A DNA stretch of 64,000 nucleotides. Origin: a virus. The position numbers and the translations under genes are program-made. The stretch lies in the IMG/VR virus record IMGVR_UViG_3300049324_000053; one strand, written 5' to 3'. Shown piece after piece: positions 19,408-28,193 of this stretch; position 1 is the first letter of the stretch, and each line of letters opens with the position of its first letter. Under the pieces are notes generated by a model that saw nothing but the letters and a program-made list of their open reading frames with translations, made no database searches and had not been told where the DNA came from.

Positions 19408-19760
19408 CCGTACAGCGTGTGCCGTACAGCGTGTCCGTTGCTCGCACCTATATAGGTGAGTTGACCATGAAGTAGCGACAAAAATCTTGAAGAGTTTTCG
19501 TCGCCGTGTGCCGTACAGCGTGTGCCGTACAGCGTGTCCGTTGCTCGCACCTATATAGGTGAGTTGACCATGAAGTAGCGACAAAAATCTTGAAGAGTTT
19601 TCGTCGCCGTGTGCGTGTGCGTGTGCCGTACAGCGTGTGCCGTACAGCGTGTGCCGTACAGCGTGTGCCGTACAGCGTGTGCCGTACAGCGTGTCCGTTG
19701 CTCGCACCTATATAGGTGAGTTGACCATGGTCTAGCGACAACAATCTTGGAAAACTTTAT
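19408..19760. repeat. Composite repeat: nine 14-mers (CCGTACAGCGTGTG) and three ~75-bp units each with palindrome CACCTATATAGGTG
   Basis: Palindromes at 19445-19458, 19548-19561, 19705-19718; first two units have a 103-bp period; 14-mers grouped 2+2+5. Confidence 0.95.
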
Positions 19761-19805
19761 GATCTAGCGTGTGTACCCGTAGTGTGCGTGCTGTACCCGG
19801 GCATG

Positions 19806-19845
19806 AGAAGAGCCCCTAGGCAAAGTGCCTAGGGGCTCTTCTTTG
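19806..19845. terminator. Strong hairpin terminator
   Basis: 17-bp perfect stem AGAAGAGCCCCTAGGCA-AAG-TGCCTAGGGGCTCTTCT just downstream of 19861..21222. Confidence 0.8.
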
Positions 19846-19860
19846 GGCCGTACGTGCGCG

Positions 19861-21222
19861 CTACCGGGCAAGCATCATGTTTTCGTTGGCAGGAACATCG
19901 GCGACCGTCCGACCGGGCAGCATGGCGAGGATATCGGCGTACTCAGCTTGCATTTTGGTGCGGACCGACGTACGTGTCTTGGGAGACGCGTACCCGTACT
20001 CACGGGTACTGATAGAGGTGATGTTCACATCCAAGATCCACTGTGCGATCGTGGGGAACTTGAGCTTGCCCTTTTCGTCGCGCGCGGTGAGTGCGACACG
20101 CGTGATCACGTCAACGTCGGCGCCTACGCCGATCACTCCAGAGTCGGACACGAAAAGGCCCTTACTCGCCTTAGCGCGCTTGAGCTTCATGCCGTTGCCA
20201 CCCATGATCGTCTTACCGTTACGATCGGTGTACGTGAGCGGACGGGGTGCCCACGCGCCGTCATGCTTGACCCCGTCGCCGTCCGTGTGCGCCTTGACCC
20301 ACACGTGCGAGACGTTCTGTGCCCGGAACGCACCTTCTCGCTTACCGTCCGCCGTAAGCGGGTTAGCGTTGGTGATCACCCGGATACCGTCACGTGCTGC
20401 CGATCCGCAGAGGATCTTTTCCGCGCGTTCCGCGTCCTCCCGCTTGCCGCTTGCGTTCGCCTTTTCGATCAGGCTTGCCACGCGCCTGGAGTAGGCACCC
20501 GTGGTGATCCAGCGGTTCAAGATCAACAGAGCTTCCTGTGCGGCGTCCTCGGCCATATCCGGGGTGATGCGTGTGCCGTTGGCGCGTGCTCCGGCCTTGA
20601 CGAACTGAGTCGCGGAATTGCGTCCGTTGGCATCGCGCGATCCCATGATGTTACGCGCGACGTATCCACGGACCAATTCGACGCGTTCCGGGGTGACTGC
20701 CCATGCGCCATAGAACTCACCGGCGCGTACCGGAGCGATAGCCCATGTGCCGGTAGTCTCTCCCGTGATCGTTTTTCCGCCGGACGCCATCACGGGGTAC
20801 CGGGTGCGCGTACCGGCCGGGGTGACGGCCTTCTTAGCCTTCTTAGCCTTCTTAGCGGCCTTGACGGTAGGCACCGTGACCACGGGTGCGCTCAGCGGCG
20901 CGTGCACGGGTGCGACCTTGACGATCGGCACGGGCACCGATCGCAACGTGATGTCCGGCACGACCATCGGCGGCGTGTCACGGATCGTGGGAACGTTGTT
21001 CAGGTCCAACGTGCCCGTGATGAACGCTAGTGCCGTGGTGACGTCCACGTGCAACGTGCCCGTGATCTCAGAGAAGATCGTGATCTCTCCGCGTTCCGTG
21101 ATCTTGACGGCCTGACCATCGGCGCCATGCACGATCACGTAGTCGAGCTTGCGCCCATCGGAGATATCCCATCCTGCCGTGGTTGCAGCGGAGAGGATGA
21201 GATCCTTGATCTTGCTTGCCAT
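19861..21222 (-). CDS. 453-aa basic hypothetical protein, first gene of the leftward array
   Basis: Start motif; Pro/Val linker and AAKKAKKAKK tract; lower GC. Confidence 0.75.
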   Translation of the reverse strand: MASKIKDLILSAATTAGWDISDGRKLDYVIVHGADGQAVKITERGEITIFSEITGTLHVDVTTALAFITGTLDLNNVPTIRDTPPMVVPDITLRSVPVPIVKVAPVHAPLSAPVVTVPTVKAAKKAKKAKKAVTPAGTRTRYPVMASGGKTITGETTGTWAIAPVRAGEFYGAWAVTPERVELVRGYVARNIMGSRDANGRNSATQFVKAGARANGTRITPDMAEDAAQEALLILNRWITTGAYSRRVASLIEKANASGKREDAERAEKILCGSAARDGIRVITNANPLTADGKREGAFRAQNVSHVWVKAHTDGDGVKHDGAWAPRPLTYTDRNGKTIMGGNGMKLKRAKASKGLFVSDSGVIGVGADVDVITRVALTARDEKGKLKFPTIAQWILDVNITSISTREYGYASPKTRTSVRTKMQAEYADILAMLPGRTVADVPANENMMLAR

Positions 21223-21874
21223 GGTGAGTCCTTACGTCTGTCACGCGTCGCGCGTGATCTCCGGCCACCGGGATAGGTGGTTCATCCTGAGTAACGGCAC
21301 TGGGTCAAGGTACATTGTCACCCGTTAGGGTGATGCGTTGCCTATGCCCGTGTGAGTAGCGCGTACGTGGTTCCTTTTCTCTCAGCGCACGCTATCACTC
21401 CACCGCCCTGCCCTGCCCGTACCTCCCCCCACCTCTCCCCCGTCTAGCCCCCTCCCCGTTACCTCCCCCGTCCCTACCCTCCCGAGCCCTACTTATCGCC
21501 GGCTGAACTTCCACGATATAAGTCAATTCGAATGCATTGGTTTCGCCGGCCAATGGCTGCATAGCCGCTATTGCTATCCGTGACCGCAATTGCGCCCCGC
21601 AATACCTATCCACGATTGCCGATAGTGCTTAGGGATAGGTCATTGTGCCTTAGTTTGCCGAATAGTTCGCCGACTAAGTCTTATCTGCTTTGATTTGATT
21701 CCGTTTACTCGGCCTTACTCGGCCACTATTGCAATGACTTAGGCTATGCGATTCTGGGGCTGCGGGAGCCTGCTGGACGACCGTTGAGTGCGCGCCGGGT
21801 CAACGGTGCCCGATGTCGGGACGCCGCCACGACACAGCGTCGAGCGGGCCGGCTGACAGCGGCCAAGTGCTGCG

Positions 21875-22120
21875 CTACGCCCGCAGGTCGTCCTTGAGTT
21901 CCTGGGTCAGACCCGCGCCGTCGAGGGCGGCGGCCGCCTCGCGTGGATGGTCCAGGGCCCAGGCCAATAACCGCAGTCCGAGAACGGTCGTGTCGGCCAG
22001 GACCACAACCTCGTCGAAGGTGATCGAGTTGTCGGCCAGGAAGGACTCGTCCAGCGGATCGCGGCCGTCCTGGAGCGCCTCGGCGGCCAGCGCCAGCAGC
22101 ACACGCCGCGGCCGGATCAC
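21875..22120 (-). CDS. Hypothetical protein
   Basis: Coupled to the Uma2 gene. Confidence 0.55.
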   Translation of the reverse strand: MIRPRRVLLALAAEALQDGRDPLDESFLADNSITFDEVVVLADTTVLGLRLLAWALDHPREAAAALDGAGLTQELKDDLRA

Positions 22121-22701
22121 GGTGCCGTCCAGCCAAGATCGTGAGTGGCGGTGCTGGGGAACTGGCTCACTGCCGCACCGAATCCGACAAATACTTCATC
22201 GGCCTCGTAGATGCCCGTCGCTGGATCCAACGCATACGTATAGACGAACGGCACGTCAGCCACGTTGGGTTCGACGCGCCAGTAGAACGGAATCCTGGCG
22301 TTGGCGTACTGCGCGAGTTTGGTTACCGCATCGGTCGTTTCGGTACCCGCTGCCACTATTTCCACGACCAGCAGCACGTCCGCCGGTCGCAACACCGCGA
22401 TGTTGCCGGCGGGTTGGAGGACCACATCGGGGAGGCGAACACTCAACGGCTCGCTCGCCAGGTGCAGTTCGCTGCCGGTGCGGGCGACCCACGCCTGGCC
22501 AGCAGCGAGCTGTAGCGCGCTTGCCGCCTGACGCACCAACCGGCCGTGCTGGGCGGTGGGCACCGGGGTCACCTGAGCCATGCCGTCGACGATCTCGATG
22601 CCGACGCGCTGCTCGTGCGACCAGCAGTCGTACTGCGCCGCGGTGACTTGCTGGCGCATCCAGCCCGGCACCACTATGTCGGACGCTTCTGCTGGGCTCA
22701 T
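22117..22701 (-). CDS. Uma2 (DUF820) family PD-(D/E)XK endonuclease-like protein
   Basis: EIVDG, PDVV, LVVEIV, D..TK...YA..RIPFYWRVE. Confidence 0.88.
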   Translation of the reverse strand: MSPAEASDIVVPGWMRQQVTAAQYDCWSHEQRVGIEIVDGMAQVTPVPTAQHGRLVRQAASALQLAAGQAWVARTGSELHLASEPLSVRLPDVVLQPAGNIAVLRPADVLLVVEIVAAGTETTDAVTKLAQYANARIPFYWRVEPNVADVPFVYTYALDPATGIYEADEVFVGFGAAVSQFPSTATHDLGWTAP

Positions 22702-22770
22702 GTCCAGCAAGCTACCAGGCGAACTTGATCGTCAAAATGCTACCGAAACCGACAGCATTTTGACGTAGGA

Positions 22771-23138
22771 GCCAGAACCGTCACGCTTCCGTGACGGTTC
22801 TGGCGGCAGGTTCTCGTCGGAAGTCCGCCCCGCGCGGCAGGTTTTCGTCGGAAGTCGGCCCGGTCGGGGCCCCGCGCGGGGCGTTCTCGTCGGAAGTCGG
22901 CTGCCGAGCACGGTGTCAGCCAGGTACCCGAGGTAACTGATCCGGTTACCTCGCGGCGCCCGCTGACACCGCGCCGCGACCAGTTCCGTCTTCTAACAGG
23001 TGCCGGAACCCTGCAGAAAACGACACGCACCGGACCCAGGGTCCAGCCGTCCATCGTTACGGCGTACGTCACGTTGGGTGACTGAACGCTCGTTTTCGTG
23101 GCGCAACCGTACCGAGAACGGTACGGTTGCGCCACGAA
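22771..23138. repeat. Non-coding block of long perfect hairpins and a phased direct-repeat triplet
   Basis: 15-bp stem 22771-22804; 9-bp stem 22929-22953; 20-bp stem 23095-23138; GTTYTCGTCGGAAGTC at 22810, 22841, 22883. Confidence 0.85.
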
Positions 23139-23241
23139 CTGGGGCCTATGATCACTGTTCGTGAGGGGTCCGGCGTGTAGATATTCTTGACACACCGTAG
23201 AAATACCTTCATCTCGGCGGGCGGCGTATGAGGTCGATACG

Positions 23242-23835
23242 GTGACGGACATGGTCAGTGATGCGCAGGATGAGGAGTTCTCGCTGTGGGTGGAGACGAC
23301 GCTCGACGAGCAGACTCGCCGGTACGTGCCGACCTTGCGTCTGGGTTCTGAGCAGATCCAGCTGACGGTGCAGCTGGCGATTGGCTGGGCTCGGGACGTT
23401 CTCGACGCTGCGCACGCCGCCGCCTACGACGCCGCGGTATTTCATCAGCTGCACAAGGTGATCGACATGCCGCTGGAACTCGTGGGGGTGGTCATCACCG
23501 ATTTGCGTGCCGACCGGCCGGGCCGGCGCACCCTGGACGTCCTGCCGCAGGTGGATTTGGTGCCGGGAGTGTCCTCACGTACGGGTGAGCCGTTCCTGCA
23601 CCTGCGTTGGCATGGTGAGGTGGTCGGTCAGTGGACAGTGGCGGACGCCCGTCAGCACGCCCTGCATCTGCTGGAGACGGTGCAGGTTGCCGACCTCGAC
23701 TCGGCCTACCTGCGCATGTTGATGGATCACGTGGATCTCGACCTGAGTCGCGCCAGTCAGGTCGTGCACGACCTCAGTAAGCATCGCCCTCCCGACGGCA
23801 GTGATGTCGGCGTCGGCGTCAAGCCGAAACGATGA
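23242..23835 (+). CDS. Hypothetical protein
   Basis: GAGG RBS; internal duplication 'A..WA..VL.AA.AA.YD' / 'A.QHA..LL.TV..A..D'. Confidence 0.7.
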   Translation: MTDMVSDAQDEEFSLWVETTLDEQTRRYVPTLRLGSEQIQLTVQLAIGWARDVLDAAHAAAYDAAVFHQLHKVIDMPLELVGVVITDLRADRPGRRTLDVLPQVDLVPGVSSRTGEPFLHLRWHGEVVGQWTVADARQHALHLLETVQVADLDSAYLRMLMDHVDLDLSRASQVVHDLSKHRPPDGSDVGVGVKPKR

Positions 23836-24254
23836 GCACGGACGACCGTTTCAAGCGTGCGCTGCACCGGGTGGAACGCGCGTGGGGTGAGGCCGGGGCC
23901 GCCATCGGCCGGTTTGACGTGGACACCGACCCGCGGGTGCGCGCGGCGTATGCCGCCGGGTTGCGCAGGGCGCTGGACATTCTGATCGAGGAGGATGCTC
24001 CGGTGAAGGAGCGGGCCGCGGCCGACCAGCTGACGCGGCGGGTGATGCACCGGATCGGGGTGGCCCAGGCCGGCGAATGGCAGTGCCCACGCGAGAGCAC
24101 ACCCACGGTGGCGTGCGTGGCCCGGCACGGTGTCCTGGCGGTGCTCGACGAGGGTTCGTGCGCCGGTTGCGGCCAGCTGCCGTCCGTGCTGCTGGCCGCC
24201 GAGAAGGCCAAGGGCCACGAGAGCGCCAAGGGCCATGGACCTGCGGAACGGTAG
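23832..24254 (+). CDS. Hypothetical protein with Cys motifs
   Basis: Coupled. Confidence 0.6.
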   Translation: MSTDDRFKRALHRVERAWGEAGAAIGRFDVDTDPRVRAAYAAGLRRALDILIEEDAPVKERAAADQLTRRVMHRIGVAQAGEWQCPRESTPTVACVARHGVLAVLDEGSCAGCGQLPSVLLAAEKAKGHESAKGHGPAER

Positions 24255-24335
24255 TGCAGGAGTCCGCGTAACGGTAGCGTTCAACGCTTGTCGATGGTTC
24301 GGGCCGCGAGTGTTGTTGGAGTGGAGGGACGTGCC

Positions 24336-24791
24336 GTGAGTGCCTTCTGGAACGCCCAGCGCACCGCGCATCAGGATCAATGCCGGGCCGCGGAGCAGGA
24401 AAGCTTCCGACTGGTCGGGCACATGGCCGCCATGCTGAACGCGCCCGTCATCAGGGCGGAGGAGCGCGGCGCCGGCAGGCAGGTCAGTCAGCGTTGGATG
24501 AGCGTGGTTGAGGCGCTCGTCTTCGAGAACAAGATGCACTACTGTCCGCATGTCCTCGGTGGCCCAGTGGCAGCGATGGTCGCGTTCTGGAAGCCGAACG
24601 AGATGGTCTGCATCGCCTGTTTCGCCCAGGCCGAGCGCCTCGACGAGGAGGCTGACCGCACCTGCGACGAATGCGGCTTCGTCGACCCGGCCGGCGTGTA
24701 CCAGCAGGTCGTCAACTTCGGGATGTTCACCATTGTCGGTGGACTCTGCGACGCCTGCCAGGCGCGGGACAAGGCGTCACTGCGTGACTGA
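24336..24791 (+). CDS. Zn-finger-like hypothetical protein
   Basis: CPH, CIAC, CDEC, CDAC. Confidence 0.65.
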   Translation: MSAFWNAQRTAHQDQCRAAEQESFRLVGHMAAMLNAPVIRAEERGAGRQVSQRWMSVVEALVFENKMHYCPHVLGGPVAAMVAFWKPNEMVCIACFAQAERLDEEADRTCDECGFVDPAGVYQQVVNFGMFTIVGGLCDACQARDKASLRD

Positions 24792-24889
24792 CCCCTGCAG
24801 AACCGGCCCGTGGCGAGTGCCAGAGGGGCCGACCGTGTTGATGTTCACCCTAGACGTGTCGATGTTCACCCTAAACAGGAGGGGGCCGG

Positions 24890-25759
24890 ATGAAGTGGTT
24901 CGGACCGCGAGTAGGACTGGAATGGGTGATGGGCCTGCCGGACGGGCGCACGCCGGCGGGCGAATCCTGCTTGTACTGCCAGGAGCAGATTGTCCACGGT
25001 GACGCCGGGGTGCATCTGTCGCATGTGCGCGCGGGTGACGACGGGCGGTGGATCCAAGAACCGGCGGTAGCGCACTTTGCGTGCCAGCTGCGCCAGATGG
25101 TCGGATCCGTCGCTCACCTGCGCCGGCGATGCTCGTGCTACGTGCCCGGCGGCAATGAGCATGATGATCCGGCGTTGAGCATGCGGGAGAACGCGCTCGC
25201 CGCGGCCGCGGTGTTCCTGCAGGACGCCCAGCTGATTGATCACGGGGAGCTGGGCCTTCGGCTGCGCCGGGCGCGGGTGGCTGCCCAGGTGCCCCGACGC
25301 GAGGCGTGCAAGATGATTGGCGTCTCGCCGTCGACGTACGCACGCATCGAGGCCGGTGAACGACCGTTGAAGGGCGACGAGCTGGTGCTGCTCGCCGACC
25401 GGTTCGGCGTTCGCGCCGATGTGATCACCGGCACCCTGTCGTCGTACGACGATGCGCACGACGATGACGATGTACACGACGATGCGGACTCTGGCATGGC
25501 GCCGGCCACAGACGACCCAGCTGCAGACGACCTGGACGAGGACGCGCCGCTGTTCCCGGCCGACTTCGGGAAGCCCGTGTCCAAAGAGGCTTCCGACGAG
25601 GCGTTCGCCCGTCTTCAGGAGAGGGGGCGTGCTGGGTACTTCGACTACCTGCTCGACTACGAGCGGGAGGAGAAGGCCCGACGTCGAGCGGCGATCGCTG
25701 AGTTGGCCAAGGACATCGACGAGGACACGCCGCCGGACGAGGTGATCCAGACTCGCTGA
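24890..25759 (+). CDS. Chimeric XRE-family HTH protein
   Basis: AGGAGG RBS; 'LRLRRARVAAQVPRREACKMIGVSPSTYARIEAGER'; N-terminal Cys/His cluster; acidic linker. Confidence 0.75.
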   Translation: MKWFGPRVGLEWVMGLPDGRTPAGESCLYCQEQIVHGDAGVHLSHVRAGDDGRWIQEPAVAHFACQLRQMVGSVAHLRRRCSCYVPGGNEHDDPALSMRENALAAAAVFLQDAQLIDHGELGLRLRRARVAAQVPRREACKMIGVSPSTYARIEAGERPLKGDELVLLADRFGVRADVITGTLSSYDDAHDDDDVHDDADSGMAPATDDPAADDLDEDAPLFPADFGKPVSKEASDEAFARLQERGRAGYFDYLLDYEREEKARRRAAIAELAKDIDEDTPPDEVIQTR

Positions 25760-25911
25760 GCGGTTCGGCTCGCGAACTGGCACAATCAGGACGGTAGGTC
25801 GGCCGGTGACAAGGGATCCAGGGGATCTCTTCCCGTAGGGAGAGCGGGATAGCCGGCCACTTTGGGGCACGTTCGAGCGACATGGCCGGGCACTTGGGGC
25901 AAGATGCCAGC

Positions 25912-26295
25912 ATGCAGACCAACGGTGCTGGCCGTAACAGCAGTAAGACGCGGGCTGCGGCCGACGTGTTCGACGACCCGAAGTTTCAGGCGTACTGCGC
26001 GCACGTGAAGGCCGATCTGGTCCCCAAGCTGCAAGGCTGCGAAGCGGCGGTACACCTGGTGCCCGTCGGCGACACGGACGTGAAGTTCGCCGTCGAACTG
26101 GGCTTCGCAATCATGCTGAACAAGCCGATCATCGCGGTTCTGCGACCAGGCGCAACGCTGCCGGACAAACTACGCCTCGTCACCGACGAGATCGTGCATA
26201 TGCCCGTTCATGGCGACAATGCATCGCTTGCAGACGAGGTGATCGCCGCCCTCACGCGGATCCGTGACGCGCGCCAGTCTCCCGCATCGTCCTGA
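25912..26295 (+). CDS. Hypothetical protein (possible nucleoside-deoxyribosyltransferase-like fold)
   Basis: 'VELGFAIMLNKPII' resembles the ELG-A-KP motif. Confidence 0.55.
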   Translation: MQTNGAGRNSSKTRAAADVFDDPKFQAYCAHVKADLVPKLQGCEAAVHLVPVGDTDVKFAVELGFAIMLNKPIIAVLRPGATLPDKLRLVTDEIVHMPVHGDNASLADEVIAALTRIRDARQSPASS

Positions 26296-26326
26296 CGGAC
26301 CTGGGCTGAGCAGCTGCGGGAGAGCA

Positions 26327-27175
26327 TCAAGGCGGCCATTGGAGCCGGATCCGGTCGGCATCGAACACTGGCCCCTCGACGCAGGAGCGGACCATCCGGG
26401 CCACTCCGTCGTCGCCGATCGCCGGCAACACGCACGTCATGCAGACCCCTATTCCACAGGCCATCGACTCCTCGACCGCCACTTGGCAAACGGCACCCGC
26501 GGCAGCTGCCTGGGCGGCGACGGCGGCCAGCATCGGCATCGGGCCGCAGGCGTACACCGTCCGAGCGCCAGTGGCTAGTGCTTGCGGCAGGGCGGCGGTG
26601 ACGCGGCCGGCGATGCCCTCCGAGCCGTCATCGGTCGTGATGTATACGCCGGTCAGCGACGTTCCGGTCGCTGCGCGGGCGGCGTCAACCCCGCACAGCC
26701 GGTCAGCGGTCGCGGCGCCGAGCGCAAGATCGACCCGGTGGCCGGCGGCGGCAAGTTTCTCGGCCAGCCAGAGCAGCGGCGCCGCACCGTACCCGCCGCC
26801 GACGAGCAGCGCATGACCCGCGGGCTTCCCGGTGCTTGTGGGCAGGGTGAATGGCTGCCCGAGTGGTCCGACGACGTCGAGAACGTCATCGGGTCGAACG
26901 TTCGCCAGCCACCGGGTGCCGCGGCCGGCGATGGCGAACACCACTTGCACGGTGCCGTGAGTGGGATCCACGCGGTGCAGCGAGAGCGCCCGGCGTAGCA
27001 GCATCGAGGTGTCCGGGCCGCCGACCGCGACCGCCACGAACTGTCCCGGACGGGCGTGCGCGGCAATGTGCGGGGCGTGCACCGTCAGCCTGTGGTACAC
27101 CCCCGCGGGCTCCAGCGAGACCACGGGGGCGGCCAGCTGGCGTGGTGGGCCAGGCAGCTCGGCGGGTACGCGCAT
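26327..27175 (-). CDS. pyrK: Dihydroorotate dehydrogenase electron transfer subunit
   Basis: PGQF, GRGT, GPLG, GGGYG, CGPMPML, EESMACGIGVCMTC...CVEGPVF. Confidence 0.92.
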   Translation of the reverse strand: MRVPAELPGPPRQLAAPVVSLEPAGVYHRLTVHAPHIAAHARPGQFVAVAVGGPDTSMLLRRALSLHRVDPTHGTVQVVFAIAGRGTRWLANVRPDDVLDVVGPLGQPFTLPTSTGKPAGHALLVGGGYGAAPLLWLAEKLAAAGHRVDLALGAATADRLCGVDAARAATGTSLTGVYITTDDGSEGIAGRVTAALPQALATGARTVYACGPMPMLAAVAAQAAAAGAVCQVAVEESMACGIGVCMTCVLPAIGDDGVARMVRSCVEGPVFDADRIRLQWPP

Positions 27176-27223
27176 CTTTGCATCCTGGCAGCGGCAACCG
27201 ACGGTCGGACGTATGGTTTGAGC

Positions 27224-27478
27224 GTGAAGGAGAAGGCGCCGGTCTGCTCAGGCAGTGGTGGGAAGCAGAGCGTCGACGGTGAGATCGCGATCGATGGCGC
27301 CTGGCGTCCGGCCTGGTCCCATGCCGACTACAAGACCTGCGTCGTGTGCGGCCAGCAGGTGCGTTTTCGGGCGCGCGGAGTCGACCGGCCGCCGTGGGCG
27401 CGGGTGCTGCCGCACCGTACCGACGGCACGCCCTGCCGATGGCCCACGGCGGCCGAGGCACAGGCCATGAAGCCGTGA
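27224..27478 (+). CDS. Small Cys-rich hypothetical protein
   Basis: -10 TATGGT 6 nt before GTG. Confidence 0.5.
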   Translation: MKEKAPVCSGSGGKQSVDGEIAIDGAWRPAWSHADYKTCVVCGQQVRFRARGVDRPPWARVLPHRTDGTPCRWPTAAEAQAMKP

Positions 27479-27619
27479 TCACCGACGGTCCGATGCTCAT
27501 GGTGGGCGAGATGCCACCCTTCTTCCGCGGCTCCGCGGCCGAGGGTGCGGAAAGCATCATGAGCGAGCCGTAACGCCCCTGGAGCCGGAGAGACCGGCGT
27601 CCCACGGGCGGGAGGCTTC

Positions 27620-28078
27620 ATGTCCCGCACCGTTCATCATGTCCCCTACGTGCACCGCCAGCCCGGCGTCCTCGGCTGGCACGTCACCGGCCTCGGCCGT
27701 GTTCAGGACCGGTACCCGGTCTGCGGCTGGCCGCATCCGCACAGCGCCGGCGCCTGTCCCGGCCGTCGTGGTCCGCGCATCAGCGCCTACAGCTGGCACA
27801 CTCTTCGCGATCTGCGCTACGCCGCCGGCCCGGTGGACCCAGGTCGGCGGCCGATGCCGCGGGAGCACACCCACCGGTTCGCCGCCTACGTGCACGGCCG
27901 CGCCGAGAACCTGCGGTCCCTGCGCGAGCACGCCCGTCACGCCACGGCCGCCGACCGGGCCGCGACCCGTACCGCGTTGACGATGGCCAGGCGTGCGGCC
28001 AACAGCGGCGGCGACGTCGACCTGGTGTTACAGGTGGCGCGGCGCAGTGCCAGCTGGTCACTGGATCGCGACTGGTGA
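27620..28078 (+). CDS. Basic hypothetical protein (MSRT-H start)
   Basis: GGAGG RBS. Confidence 0.6.
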   Translation: MSRTVHHVPYVHRQPGVLGWHVTGLGRVQDRYPVCGWPHPHSAGACPGRRGPRISAYSWHTLRDLRYAAGPVDPGRRPMPREHTHRFAAYVHGRAENLRSLREHARHATAADRAATRTALTMARRAANSGGDVDLVLQVARRSASWSLDRDW

Positions 28079-28193
28079 CGGGCCGGACGCACGACAGCCC
28101 CGCGCGGGGCGGGGCTGAGGGCACGGCGGCTGGTTCTCTGCGACGAGAACGGCTGCAGGCCCAGTATGTCATGGATCGCGGTACTGTTCAGCC

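Noticed and set aside
19445-19718. Protelomerase (telRL) site
   Set aside because: The palindromes are only 14 bp and triplicated, and no protelomerase is seen in the window.
19408-19760. CRISPR array
   Set aside because: The intervening sequences are identical 14-mers rather than unique spacers, the units are too long, and no cas genes are present.
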